The notes under the pieces were generated by a model. The model had not been told where the DNA came from. It was given only the letters and a program-made list of their open reading frames with translations, and did not search any database. The translations under genes were made by a program, and so were the position numbers. DNA of 64,000 bases from Squalus acanthias (Eukaryota). The stretch covers positions 109,618,001 through 109,682,000 of the forward strand of contig CM059432.1 of NCBI GenBank assembly GCA_030390025.1, written 5' to 3'. Within the stretch, counting starts at the first letter, position 1. Every line of letters starts with the position of its first letter. Positions 48,856 through 62,254 of the stretch are shown here, piece by piece.

Positions 48856-49113
48856 TTTTGAGAGACGTGCTCCACCATCAAACTCTGGAGCACTGTTGCC
48901 ACATGATGTACCTTCCATGGCTTAGGACCCATCAGGCGGAACACCAACTGCACTCAATCCTTTCAACCCCTTCCCCATCAACATCACAATAATAAAGACC
49001 ACCAATTACCATCTTCACTCTTTATCTACATCAAAAACAAACAATGGAAACATGATACAACCAACAGCACTTACAAATATTAAACTATTCACCCTGGTGC
49101 CTACCCTTAGTAG

Positions 49114-50945
49114 CTATCTATAAGTGCTCTTGCTTAATCTAGTGCTTCTACGAAGTGCAGCAGCAGTGGCAGCAGCAGGTGAGGTGGATAGCTGCTGAGA
49201 ATCTGAAGAGGGCAGTTCAGATGTCCTCGTGGCATGCATCATTTCAGCACGGGCTTCAGCAGTCTGGGCTGCCTGGCTGACAGGCAACGGCAAGGGCAAC
49301 GCTGCAGTGGCGGGGGAGGGAGCAGCAATGCTGCCATCCGGAGAGCGGCCAATGGGTTCCTGCTCCATGATTCCCACGCCACTACCTCAGGGCCTCTATT
49401 CAGCCCACCCAGTGCAAGCCCCTTTCAACCGAGGAGCCCCGAGCCACTGTGGCAGCTGCCTGAGCTTCCATTGCAGCAGTTTGCCGGTCCATGCAAGCTG
49501 CAAGTAGTGCAATGGCAGCTATTTGGGCTTCCATTGCAGCACTTCGTCATTCCATGCAAGCTGCAATGACTGCAGTGGAAGCTGCGACCTCAGTCATCAG
49601 ACGCTGCATGATGTCGGGCTCCACAGGTCGCTGGCTGGAATTGACCAGCCTCTCCAAGCTGGAGAGGATGGGTTCAAGGCTCTGAACCAAGCCACAGACC
49701 AAGGTGGAGGCGGACTCCTCCATTCCCCTAGCCACAACCCATAAGCTATTAGGTAGGCTCTCCATCGCACCAAGCATTTGATTTGTCACACCCATCAGCT
49801 TTCTTCTGAAGCTTGGCCCTGTGAGGTCCTCATCTGACTCCTCTATAGCCGAACTTGTATGCGACCTCACCCTCTGGAAAGGTGGCACCTGTGGTGTCCC
49901 TTCCACCCTGCGTGGCTGCTGCCCATTGGTGCCTGGTGCATCGCACTGTGAGGATCACTCTTCTAACCTAGCCTCTAATTTACGCCTGGTGCCTGCAACA
50001 ATGGTAGCAATTGACACAATGCATTCTTCCTCGCTCTCCACCTCCTCCTCCTCGTCCTCTTCATTCTCTTCCTCCGGTGGACGAGGTGGCTGTTACTCAT
50101 CTTGTATTTGCTCCGGGGAGGGGAGGGGGAGGGGGGCGGCGGGCGAGGAGGATCTTGCTCCTGTTAGCCTGCAATGATAATGCTGGAAGGGTTAGGGTGC
50201 AGCGCGTATGGCCGTTAAAGGAGGATGTGAGACCATATGAAGCTTGGGAGAGAGGATAGCTTTCAGGGATCAGTGATAAGGAATAGTTATGCATCTGTAA
50301 GGAAGCTGGAGTGGGCACATACTTCTAGGCGATATGTCCCCTGCTCTGCCTCTGGCCATGGCGTCTCTCGATCACAGCCAGCACCGCCTCCTCCAGGGGA
50401 ATGATGTCATGCAGGCATGGTTGTCCTCCCCTGGTCTGGTCCTGCTGCCGCCTGTTATGTGCTATCTTTTCCTGGAAGAGAGTGATGATTGTGAATCAGT
50501 ATATTGACAGGTGTGTTGGTGATGTCTCACATAGTTGAAGCGCTGTGGGATGTGTCTGAGGTGTGAGTAGTGCCTATGAAGGATGCAATAGTGTGAAGTG
50601 TGTGAATGTCCGTGTATAGTTAGAAGTGTGTTGAGGTTGTGATGCTGGTGTTGGTGGTGCAGTTATTGAGAAGTGTGTTTGTGAGATGGGATCCTACCTT
50701 GACCACCAATGTCAAGTCATTACGTTTCTTGCAGCATTGGAGCTATGTTCTGGGGCCAGGACTCCTAGTTGTGACCTCCTATGCGATCTCCTCCCACATG
50801 CACCACATTATTTGCCTCCGTGGCCTCCTTCTGTGCCCCCCCCCACCCCCGGATAGAGGACATCCCTCCTCCTCTCTACTTCCTCCACCAGGACAGCCAG
50901 TGCTGCATCGGAGAACCTCGGCACCCTCTCTCTAGTTCCTTGAGA
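49114..50945 (-). pseudogene. Harbinger Myb/SANT gene remnant
   Basis: exon 1-like ..RT*LQCCKKRNDL (~50700-50940), exon 2-like EKIAHNRR (~50470), exon 3 ARGMEES..ALRRSTR. Confidence 0.75.
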
Positions 50946-51104
50946 CATCTTTCCACGTTGGTCTTTCCTCCCAGCCAGCACACTTCACAACTTCAGTGGA
51001 AGTGGATGAGTGCAGAATATATATACAGCTCCTGGAAAATTGCGTCTAATCAGCGCTTGAGTGCTAAACCTGCAGTTGTCGGTTTCAACGCCTGCAGGCA
51101 TGTT

Positions 51105-51918
51105 TAAGAACATAAAAACATTAGAATTAGGAGCAGGAGTAGGCCATACGGCCCTTCGAGCCTGCTCCGCCATTCAATAAGATCATGGCTGATCTTAGAC
51201 CTCAACTCCACTTTCCCGTCCGATCCCCATATCCCTTGATTACTCTAGCATCCAAAAATCTCAGTCTTGAATATACTCAACAACTCAGCATCCACAGCCC
51301 TTTGGGGTAGAGAATTCCAAAGATTCACAACCCTCTGAGTGAAGAAATTCCTCCTCATCTCAGTCTTAAATGGCCGACCGACCCCTTATCCTGAGACTAT
51401 GTCCCCTAGTTCTAGACTTTCCAGCCAGGGGAAACAACCTCTCAGCATCTACCATGTCAATCCCCCTCAGTGTCTTATATGTTTCAATGAGATCACCTCT
51501 CATTCTTCTAAACTCCAGAGAGTATAGGCCCATTCTACACAATCTCTCCTCATTGGACAACCCTCTCATCCCTGGGATCAATCTAGTAAACCTTCATTGC
51601 ACTGCCTCTAAGGCAAATATGTCCTTCCTCAGATAAGGAGACCAAACCTGTGCACAGTACTTCAGGTGTGGTCTCACCAAAACCCTGTACAATTGTAGTA
51701 AGACTTCCTGACTCTAGTACTCCAACCCCCTTGCAATAGAGGCCAACATGCCATTTGCCTTCCTAATTGCTTGCTGTACCTGCATGCTAACTCTCTGTGT
51801 TTCCTGTACGAGGACACCTAAATCTCTCTGAACACCAATATTTAAGTTTCTCACCATTTAAAAAATATTCTGTTTTTCTATTCTTCCTACCAGATTGAAT
51901 AACCTCACATTTCCCCAC
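51105..51918 (-). mobile_element. CR1 LINE 3' fragment (second family)
   Basis: MIPGMRGLSNEERL..LEFRRMRGDLIETYK; 3' UTR hairpin and tail repeat. Confidence 0.9.
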
Positions 51919-52039
51919 GATAATCATCAATTAGCCTGAAAATTGTGTACGAAAGCCACATATTATTAGCAAAGCACCCATTTAGAGTCTGTTTTCACCC
52001 TTTGGCCAAAATAACCCCCCCTTATTTCCTCATCACTTC

Positions 52040-52550
52040 TTACAAGAACAAACACAGCATGGGTGCAATTCACCAGCAGCTTTCGCTCTCTGATATCAAA
52101 TGCTCTTGCCTTTGGGTTACTATGGTTACCATTGTGACATCATGTGACATAATCTCCCCAGTTGTGATGTGATGGTGTGATGTGGGGCTTGGGTTGAGAT
52201 GGCCATGGCAGCACAGCAAGCTGTTTAAGGGAGGGTGGGCTTAAGCCACAGATCTGAGATGCAGAATATATTAACCAAAGATTGGGACCCCAGTGGCCAT
52301 ATTGAAGTTTGCAGCTGTTTATTGCCAATGTAGACACAACAGTGCCACAGGTTGTCTCAGTACTCACGTCAAAATATGTAGAAAATAGGATTATAAGATA
52401 TACAATATCAAAAATAATGGTCAAAATCCATTCTAAATCAATTATTTAAAAAAAAAATTTAAAGTAACATTTCAGTGTAAAAGCATTATTTTAAAATTCC
52501 TGCTAACATGAAGGGACAGTCGGGATTTTATGGTGTATATTCTATAGTGT
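52040..52550. repeat. diverged duplicate of 37190-37720, including the X-box/CRE/E-box cluster
   Basis: collinear matches, e.g. GGGTTACTATGGTTACCATTGTGACATCATGTGACATA vs GGGTTGCTATGGTTTCCATCGTGAAGTCATGTGACATA; AAAATATGTAGAAAAT in both. Confidence 0.85.
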
Positions 52551-52779
52551 GGGGCCGACTTTCTTGGTTGTTCGACCGGACTCCTGCCATGAATCTGACG
52601 GCCAGAACCCACATGCATTGGATCCCAGCCTTAGTTCAGAATTCTCATATGGCTTGTAAGGGTTGAAGCCTTTGCGCACATCTTACAAGACCACTTCTGC
52701 GGAGGGGGCAGGTGCAGGGACAGGAGTGAAGACTCCCTACTTCCTCAGCCCTTAAGGAGCCTGATGTATCACTGGAGGT

Positions 52780-53105
52780 ATCTGGGGTACAATGGTTATA
52801 TTACTGAATTAGTAATCCAGAGGCATGGACTAATAATCTAAAAAGCGTGAGTTCAAATCCCACCATGCCAGGCTGAGAATTTGAATTCAGGAAATTTTTA
52901 AAAAGCTGGTACCATGAAGCTGTTGGATTGTTGTATAAAACCAGCTGGTTCACTACACCAACATATTTGATTCTTAACTACCCTCTGAAGTGGCCTAGCA
53001 AACCATTAGGTTGTATCAAAACTGCTACAAAGATTTACCACTCTGCTCTCAGGACAACTGGGGAGGGGCAATAAATGCCGGCCTTGCCAGTAACACCCAC
53101 AACTC
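52780..53105 (+). mobile_element. decayed tRNA-derived SINE
   Basis: A-box-like head, B-box GAGTTCAAATCCC, GGGCAATAAATGCCGGCCTTGCCAG 3' part typical of shark SINEs. Confidence 0.7.
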
Positions 53106-53981
53106 AGTGAGAAGAGTCTCCAGAAAGGCACAATTTGGTCCTCCTGGGAATTTCAGGCCAGGGAAGCAGCCATGAAGTTCAAGACAAGATGTTTCTTTAC
53201 TGTTATACTCAATACTTTTGCCTTTGTTAAGAGCTAATGTATGCAGGTTCAGGCCACAGCTAACGCAGCATTAAGATTCTGTCGCCTGTTGGAGAAGCTG
53301 TTGTAAAAGTCTTGCAACAGGGGCAGTTGAGAGAGAAGGTGAGGCTGAGGGTTATGCCAAGGATTTAGGGGGGAGGTGGGCTGCAGGTCAGAGGAACCAT
53401 GGCTTGTGGTTGGACCATAGCTGGAAGAGGTAGTAGCCTGGGAGGAAGCAGTGACTGGTCCTGGAAGTAATTGTGAGAGATAAAATGTGAGACCATAGGT
53501 TTGGGAACGCACTGGAATTGCACTTTGAAGATTGAAAGGAGCTTTGGGTGGATGAGTCACAGCAGTATACATGGCTGGGGATATGGGTGAGGGTACTCAG
53601 GGGGTGAGGCATGAGGCTTGGATGCATAGTGAGGTAAAGAGGAGATTGGAGTACTCAAGGGAGTCTGGGAACTGGAGGATTCGAGAGATTGGGCATCTGG
53701 GAGAACTGTTTTTGAAATTTGCAATAGTAAAGAAAGACAGACTTGCATTTATATAGCACCTTTCACAGGCTCAGGATGTCCCAATGTGCTTTACAGCCAA
53801 TTAAGTATTTTGAAGTGTAATTACTGTTGTAATGTAGGAAACGCAGCAGCCAATCTGCACACAGCAAGGTCCCACAAACAGCAATGTGATAATGACCAGA
53901 TAATCTGTTTTAGTGATGTTGGTTGAGGGTTAAATATTGGCCAGGACACCAAGGAGAATTCCCCTGCTCTTCAAAATAGTG

Positions 53982-56572
53982 AGAGGTCGCACAACACCAG
54001 GTTATAGTCCAACAGTTTTATTTGAAATCACAAGCTTTCGGAGCTATCGATTGCTCCTTCCTCAGGTGAAGTAAATTAGATACAGAATCGCCAAAGCATA
54101 TATAGATAGAAAACAAAGCATGTGTACCTTACAATTGCAGACCACTAAATTAAATCATCCTGACTATCTGCCGAGGTGTGATAAAGTTAATTAAGTCAGC
54201 CAGGAAGGTACCACATCAAAGACATAGCAAGATACAACTGAGACAATGAGGTGTAGTCGCAGGGGTTCTAACGTGTCAAAAGCTGCCGTCTGTATGTAAA
54301 ACGAAAAGCTTTAAAATTTTTACTTTTTTACTGGGAAAATTTTTACTTTTTTACTGGGAATCACATCTGTGAACAAGCTAACGACGACTCGAGTCCGGAT
54401 CACGTCATGTATCGTGACATAAACCCAAGATCCCGATTGAGACCGTCTTCATGAGTGCGGAACTTGGCTATCAGTTTCTGCTCGATGATTTTGCGTTGTC
54501 GTGTGTTTCTAAGGTTGCCTTGGAGAACGCTTACCCGCAGATCCGAGGCTGAATGTCCTTGACTGCTGAAGTGTTCCCCGACTGGGAGGTAACAATCCTG
54601 CCTGGCGATTGTTGCGCGGTGCTCGTTCATACGTTGTCTCAGTGTCTGCATGGACTCGCCGATGTACCATGCCGCGGTGCATTCTTTCCTGCAACGTATG
54701 AGGTAGACAACGTTGGCCGAGTCACATGAGTATGTACCATGTACCTGGTGGGTAGTGTCCTCACGTGTGATGGTGGTATCTGTGTTGATGATCTGGCATG
54801 TCTTGCAGAGTTTGCCATGGCAGGGTTGTGTGGTGTCGTGGTCGCTGTTATCCTGAAAGCTGGGTAATTTGCTGCGAACGATGGTACTTCTGAGGTTAGG
54901 CGGCTGTTTGAAGGCAAGTAGTGGAGGCGTGGGGATGGCCTTAGCGAGGTGTTTGTTGTCATCGATGACATGTTGAAGGCTGCGAAGAACATGGCGTAGT
55001 TTCTCCGCTCCGGGGAAGTACTGGACGACGTAGGGTACCCTGTTGGTTGTGTCCCGTGTTTGCCTTCTGAGGAGGTCTATGCGATTTTTCGCTGTGGCCC
55101 GTCGGAACTGTCGATCGATGAGTCGAGCGTCATATCCCGTTCTTACGAGGGCGTTTTTCAGCGTCCGTAGGTGTCCATCGCATTCCTCCTCGTCTGAGCA
55201 GATCCTGTGTATTCGCAGGGCTTGTCCATAGGGGATGGCTTCCATGGTTAGGGTGGAAGCTGGAGAAGTGGAGCATCGTGAGGTTGTCCGTGGGCTTGCG
55301 GTAGAGTGAAGTGCTGAGGTGTCCGTCTTTGATGGAGATTCGTGTGTCCAGGAATGAGACCGATTCTGAGGAGTAGTCCATGGTGAGTTTGATGGTGGGA
55401 TGGAACTTGTTTATGTTATCGTGTAGTCTTTTCAGTGATCCTTCGCCATGGGTCCAAAGGAAGAAAATGTCGTCGATGTATCTGGTGTACAGCATTGGCT
55501 GGAGGTCCTGTGCAGCGAAGAAGTCTTGCTCGAACTTGTGCATGAAGATGTTGGCGTATTGGGGTGCGAATTTGGTCCCCATGGCGGTTCCGTGTGTTTG
55601 GGTAAAAAAATGGTTGTCGAAGGTGAAGACATTGTGGTCAAGGATGAAGCGGATGAGTTGTAGGATGGCGTCTGGAGATTGGCTGTTGTTGATGTTGAGT
55701 ACTGAGGCTGTTGCAGCGATGCCGTCATCGTGGGGGATACTGGTGTAGAGTGCCGATACGTCCATCGTGGCAAGGAGTGTTCCTGGTTCAACTGGTCCGT
55801 GGGTGCTGAGTTTCTGTAAGAAGTCTGTAGTGTCGCGACAGAAGCTGGGGGTTCCCTGTACGATGGGTTTCAGAATGCCCTCGACGTATCCAGAGAGGTT
55901 CTCACACAGGGTTCCATTGCCTGATACGATAGGACGTCCGGGTGTGTTGGCTTTGTGTATCTTTGGGAGGCAGTAGAAGTCTCCCACGCGGGGAGTACGT
56001 GGGATGAGAGCGCGTAGGATGTTTTGAAGGTCTGGATCGAAGGTCTTGATCAGTCTATTGAGTTGGCGGGTGTGTTCTTTGGTCGGATCTGCGGGTAGCT
56101 GTCTGTAGTGTTCCTGGTTGTCCAGTTGTCGGTATGCTTCTTTACAATAGTCCGTTCTGTATGATGATGGCTCCTCCTTTGTCCGCTGGTTTGATGACAA
56201 TGTTGCGGTTGGTCTTGAGAGCGTGGATGGCATTGCGTTGTGCTCGGGTGACATTCTGGACTGTCTTTTGAGTGCGGCTGATGAATCTGGCGTTGATGCA
56301 TCTCCTGACAGCTTGAGCATACATGTCAAGCTTGGGGCAGCGACCCTCCGGAGGGGTCCAGTTTGACTCTTTTTTCTTCGGTTGCTGCACTGCGAGTCCC
56401 TCTGTCTGCTGTTCTGGATCATTGATTGTCTCATTGGGTTTGTTGCTGACATCTTGGGATTTGTGGAAGTATTCCCGGAGCCTCATTCTCCTGATGAATT
56501 CCTCCGTGTCTGCCGCGAGACCGATGGGGTCCATTTTGGTGGTTGGGCAGAACTTGAGCCCTAGGGCGAGAA
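53982..56572 (-). mobile_element. 5'-truncated Penelope-like element (RT and GIY-YIG, frameshifted) with 3' hammerhead
   Basis: LPKIHK, GRPIVS, DVSALYTSIP, GTAMG, RYIDDIF, VVYLIRC..WYIGES; TSD CTTCAAAATAGTG (53969-53981 and 56573-56585). Confidence 0.95.
54032..54065 (-). ncRNA. minimal type I hammerhead ribozyme core
   Basis: CTGAGGA-A-GGAGC(loop)GCTCC-GAAAGCTT with palindromic AAGCTT stem III. Confidence 0.8.
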
Positions 56573-56825
56573 CTTCAAAATAGTGCCATGAGATCTTTTA
56601 CGTCCACCTGAGAGGGCAGACAGGAACTCTGCTTCATATCTAACCCAAAGGGCAGCACTCCCTCAGTACTGCACTGGAGTGGCAGCCAAGATTTTGTACT
56701 CAAATCTCTAGAGTGTGACCTGAACCCACAACCTTCTGACTCAGAATCGAGAGTGCTGCCACAGAGCCAAGGCTGACACTTAATCTGCACATAGGCAGAT
56801 GTGACAAATTGTGTGCTATACATAC

Positions 56826-56830
<5 letters not shown>

Positions 56831-56860
<30 letters not shown>
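56831..56860. repeat. (TA)n microsatellite
   Basis: read directly. Confidence 0.98.
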
Positions 56861-56866
<6 letters not shown>

Positions 56867-57174
56867 AGTTCCTGCCACTTTGCTCACAATAAGTCAGATA
56901 ATACATTATTTACTCTGTCAGATTAACAGAACAATATTGGCATAGATTTTGCGGTCAGCGGCGAAGGGACAGCGCTTGCTGTTCATTATGCTTACAGCAG
57001 CCCACAAACTTGTTGTGGACTTTGAGAGGCAACCTACGGTATTTAGAGATCTTTTTCAGCGCTGGGCCCTCTACAGGGGATCTGTGGCATGTGTGAGCAA
57101 GTCAAGCAACCGTGTGTCTCTTCAACCAATCACATTGAAGAATCTTCACTGAGACACGCAGAGTGTAAACCAGG

Positions 57175-58498
57175 AATCATAGAATCATAGAAAGTTACAG
57201 CACAGAAGGAAGCCATTTCGGCCCATCGTGTCCGCGCCGGCCAACAAAGAGCTATCCAGCCTAATCCCACTTCCCAGCTCCTGGTCCGTACCCCTGCAGG
57301 TTACAGCATTCCAAGTGCACATCCAAGTACTTTTTAAATGTGGTTAGGGTTTCTGCCTCTACCACCCTTTCAGGCAGTGAGTTCCAGACCCCCACAACCC
57401 TCTGGGTGAAGAAATTTCCCCTCAAATCCCCTCTAAACCTTCCACCAATTACTTTAAATCTGTGCACCCTGGTTTTTGACCCCTCTGCTAAGGGAAATAG
57501 GTCCTTTCTATTCACTTTATCTATGCCCCTCATAATTTTATCCACCTCAATAAGGTCTCCCCTCAGCCTCCTCTGTTCCAAGGAAAACAGACCCAGCCTA
57601 TCCAGTCTTTCCTCATAGCTAAGATTCTCTACTCCCGGCAACATCCTTGTAAATCTCCTCTGTACCCTCTCTAGTGCAATCACATATTTCCTGTAATGTG
57701 GTGAACAGAACTGCATGCAGTACTCTAGCTGAGGCCTAACTAATGTTTTATACAGTTGAAGCATAACCTCCCTGCTCTTGTATTCTATGCCACGGCTAAT
57801 AAAGGCAAGCATTCCGTATGCCTTCTTAACCACCTTATCTACCTGGCCTGCTACCTTCAGGGATCTGTGGACATGCACTCCAAGGTCCCTTTGTTCCTCT
57901 ACACTACTCAGTGTCCTACAATTTAATGTGTATTCCCTTTCCTTGTTAGCCCTCCCCAAATGCATTACCTCACACTTCTCCGGATTGAATTCCATTTGCC
58001 ACTGTTCTGCCCACCTGACCAATTTATTGATATCTTCCTGCAGTCTACAGCTTCCTTCTTCAGTATCAACCACACAGCCAATTTTAGTATCATCTGCAAA
58101 CTTCTTAATCATACCCCCTATATTCAAGTCAAGGTCGTTGATATATACCACAAAAAGCAAGGGACCTCGTACTGAGCCCTGCGGAACCCCACTGGAAACA
58201 GCCTTCCAGTCACAAAAACACCCATCAACCATTACCCTCTGCTTCCTGTCTCTGAGCCAGTTTTGAATCCAACTTGACACTTTGCCCTGGATCCCATGGG
58301 CTTTTAACTTCGTGCCCAGTCTGCCATGTGGAACCTTATCAAAAGCCTTGTTAAAGTCCATATACACTACCTCAAATACACTACCCTCATCTACCCTCCT
58401 TGTTATCTCCTCAAAAAATTCAATCAAGTTTGTCAGACACGACCTTCCCTTAACAAATCCGTGCTGACTATCCTTGATTTATCCGTGTCTTTCTAAAT
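57175..58498 (-). mobile_element. CR1/HER1 LINE 3' fragment with an open 388-aa RT segment
   Basis: DFNKAFDKVPH, GVPQGS, KFADDTK; ATGATTCT tail repeats. Confidence 0.95.
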
Positions 58499-58504
58499 TA
58501 ATGT

Positions 58505-61500
58505 GAGAAGTCGCACAACACCAGGTTATAGTCCAACAGCTTTATTTGAAATCACAAGCTTTCGGAGCGCTGCTCCTTTGTCAGGTGAAGTGAAGAGATA
58601 CATATCGGCACAGCATATATAGTCAGAGAACACTGCCAGATGATTACAGTTAATCTTTCCAACTGCCCTTTATCACACCTCGGCAGAGAGATAATCACGG
58701 CAATCAAAGGTGTGGATGGTGTCCAAACAGGTCAGTCAGGAAAACATTACATCAAAGACAATGAGGTGGGGGCACAAGGGGTCAAATGTGGCAGATGCTG
58801 GGGTCTGTATGGAAAACAAAAAACTTTTTTTGCTGGAAATCACAGCAGGTCCGGCCGCATCTGTGTAGAGAGAACAAGCAAACGACGACTAGAGTCTGGA
58901 TGACTCTACGTCAGGTGAAGTTACATGTAGCATGAAATGAACCCAAGATCCCGGTTGAGTTTCTACAGAGATGCAAGAAAGCAGACAAGATCCCGAAAGG
59001 ACTACAGATCACGAACCCACTCAAGTCGACATACAACACAGACTACGCTGAGAGACTCTGCCGTCGTACCTCTCGCACACTCCTCAACCATCTCGTACAC
59101 CAGCTCTACAACAGACGCCGCAACCTCGAAACCAAGATAGAGTCCATGTTCTCAGCCTGTGCTCAGGACACAGCAGACCAGCTGCGAGACACCGCCAAAC
59201 AGACGAGGCAACGGAACTACGCTGCCTACATGCACACCAAGAACAGGAAGCTTGAGAAACTCGGCATCACCACCAGCAGCAACCAAGCCTCCCCCGGTAC
59301 CATGGTTGCAACCACAGGGAAGTCCATCGTCAACTTGTCCGACCACACCCTTCAACCAGACAAAATCGAAGTTCTCAGCCGAGGGCTCAATTTCTGCCCC
59401 ACCACCAAAACGGACCCCATCAGTCTCGCGGCAGACACAGAGGAATTCATCAGGAGAATGAGGCTCCGGGAATTCTTCCACGAATCCCAAGATGTCAGCA
59501 GCGAACCCAATGAGACAATCAATGATCCGGAACAGCAGACAGAGGGACCCGCAGTGCAGCAACCGAAGAAGAAAGAGTCAAATTGGACCCCTCCGGAGGG
59601 TCGCTGCCCTAAGCTTGGCATGTATGCTCAAGCTGTCAGGAGATGCATCAACGCTAGATTCATCAGCCGCACTCACAAGACAGTCTAGAATGTCACCCGA
59701 GCACAACGCAACGCCATCCATGCTCTCAAGACCAACCACAACATCGTCATCAAACCAGCGGCCAAAGGAGGAACAATCGTCCTACAGAACAGAATGGACT
59801 ATTGCAAAGAAGCATACCGACAACTGGACAACCAGGAACACTACAGACAGTTACCCGCAGATCCAACCAAAGAACACACCCGCCAACTCAATAGACTGAT
59901 CAAGATCTTCGATCCAGACCTTCAAAGCATCCTACGCGCTCTCATCCTACGTACTCCCCGTGTGGGAGACTTCTACTGCCTCCCAAAGATACACAAAGCC
60001 AACACACCCGGACGTCCTATCGTATCAGGCAATGGAACCCTGTGTGAGAACCTCTCTGGATACGTCGAGGGCATCATGAACCCCATCGTACAGGGAACCC
60101 CCAGCTTCTGTCGCGACACTACAGACTTCTTACAGAAACTCAGCACCCACGGACCAGTTGAACCAGGAATACTCCTCGCCACGATGGACGTCTCGGCACT
60201 CTACACCAGTATCCCCCACGATGACGGCATCGCTGCGACAGCCTCAGTACTCAACACCAACAACAGCCAATCTCCAGACACCATCCTACAACTCATCCGC
60301 TTCATCCTTGACCACAATGTCTTCACCTTCAACAACCAGTTTTTTACCCAAACACAGGGAACAGCCAAATTCACACCCCAATACGCCAACATCTTCATGC
60401 ACAAGTTCGAGCAGGACTTCTTCGCTGCACAGGACCTCCAACCAACACTATACACCAGATACACTGACGACATTTTCTTCCTATGGACCCACGGCGAAGA
60501 ATCACTGAAAAGACTACATGATAACATCAACAAGTTCCATTCCACCATCAAACTCACCATGGACTACTCCTCAGAATCGGTTTCATTCTTGGACACACGA
60601 ATCTCCATCAAAGACGGACACCTCAGCACTTCACTCTACCGCAAGCCCACGGACAACCTCACGACGCTCCACTTCTCCAGCTTCCACCCTAACCACGTTA
60701 AAGAAACCATCCCCTATGGACAATCCCTGCGAATACACAGGATCTGCTCAGACGAGGAAGAACGCGATGGACACCTACAGACGCTGAAAGACGCCCTCGT
60801 AAGAACGGGATATGACGCTCGACTCGTTGATCGACAGTTCCGACGGGCCACAGCGAAAAATCGCATAGACCTCCTCAGAAGACAAACACGGGACACAACC
60901 AACAGAGTACCCTACGTCGTCCAGTACTTCCCCGGAGCGGAGAAACTACGCCATGTTCTTCGCAGCCTTCAACATGTCATCGATGACAACGAACACCTCG
61001 CTAAGGTCATCCCCACGCCTCCACTACTCGCCTTCAAACAGCTGCCTAACCTCAAACAGACCATCGTTTGCAGCAAATTACCCAGCTTTCAGGAGAACAG
61101 TGACCACGACACCACACAATCCTGCCACGGCAACCTCTGCAAGACATGCCAGATCATCAACACAGATACCATCATTACACGTGAGGACACTACCCACCAG
61201 GTACATGGTACATACTCATGTGACTCGGCCAACGTTGTCTACCTCATACGTTGCAGGAAAGGATGCCCTGGAGCATGGTACATCGGCGAGACCATGCAGA
61301 CACTGTGACAACGTATGAATGGACACCGCGCAACAATCGCCAGGCAGGAGTGTTCCCTCCCAGTCGGGGAACACTTCAGCAGTCAAGGGCATTCAGCCTC
61401 CGATCTTCGGATAAGCGTTCTCCAAGGCGGCCTTCAAGACACACGACAACGCAAAATCATCGAGCAGAAACTGATAGCCAAGTACAGCACCCATGAGGAC

Positions 61501-61898
61501 GGCCTCAACCGGGATCTTGGGTTCATGTCACGCTACATGTAACCCCACCTGACGTAGAGTCATCCAGACTCGAGTCGTCGTTGGTTTGTTCTCTCTACAC
61601 AGATGCGGCCGGACCTGCTGTGATTTCCAGCAAAAAAAGTTTTTTGTTTTCCATACAGACCCCAGCATCTGCCACATTTGACCCCTTGTGACCCCACCTC
61701 ATTGTCTTTGATGTAATGTTTTCCTGACTGACCTGTTTGGACACCATCCACACCTTTGATTGCCGTGATTATCTCTCTGCCGAGGTGTGATAAAAGGCAG
61801 TTGGAAAGATTAACTGTAATCATCTGGCAGTGTTCTCTGACTATATATGCTGTGCCTATATGCATCTCTTCACTTCACCTGATGAAGGAGCAGCGCTC
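58505..61898 (+). mobile_element. Penelope-like element with an inverted copy of its 3' end at the 5' side
   Basis: ORF ~58960-61542 (RT and GIY-YIG; stops at 59686 and 61306); 58570-58960 is the reverse complement of ~61503-61898; hammerhead cores damaged (CTGACAA on the left, truncated on the right). Confidence 0.95.
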
Positions 61899-61942
61899 AA
61901 GGGCTCAGCCATTCCCCTGCCAAGAATGGCCTGCACTGTCTC

Positions 61943-62250
61943 ACAGAATCACAGAATCCCCACAGTGCAGATAGAGGCCATTTCGGCCCATCGAGCCTGC
62001 ACCGACACATATCCCACCCTATCCCCGAGTATTTAATCCCCCTAACACTAAGGGTCAATTTATCATAGCCAAATCAACCTAACCCGCACATCTTTGGACT
62101 GTGGGAGGAAACCGGAGCACCCGGAGGAAACCCACGCAGACACGGGGAGAATGTGCAAACTCCACACAGACAGTCACCCGAGGCCGGATTCGACCCGGGT
62201 CTCTGGCGCTGTGAGGCAACAGTGCTAACCACTATGCCACCGTGTTGCCC
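61943..62250 (-). mobile_element. HE1-type V-SINE (tRNA head, V-domain, HER1 LINE tail)
   Basis: GGGCAACACGGTGGCATAGTGGTTAGCACTG head; GTGTGGAGTTTGCACATTCTCCCCGTGTCTGCGTGGGTTTCCTCCGGGTGCTCCGG core. Confidence 0.92.
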
Positions 62251-62254
62251 TCCT

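Larger units (their letters stand above)
47040..51105. mobile_element. older decayed Harbinger (family C) with a nested Penelope remnant
   Basis: TIR-like CAGAATTTTC at left; convergent transposase (+) and Myb (-) remnants; right end obscured by a CR1. Confidence 0.75.
53730..56778 (-). mobile_element. DeuSINE/SacSINE1-like SINE split by a Penelope insertion
   Basis: tRNA-like head at ~56720-56778, Deu-like core, tail GCTATATAAATGCAAGT; halves join across the 13-bp TSD. Confidence 0.75.

Noticed and set aside
58505..61898. DNA transposon or DIRS element with long terminal inverted repeats
   Set aside because: RT, GIY-YIG and hammerhead identify a Penelope; an inverted truncated 3'-end copy is a known Penelope configuration
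62170..62250. tRNA genes (also ~52790-52865 and ~56720-56778)
   Set aside because: These are tRNA-derived SINE heads continuous with SINE bodies
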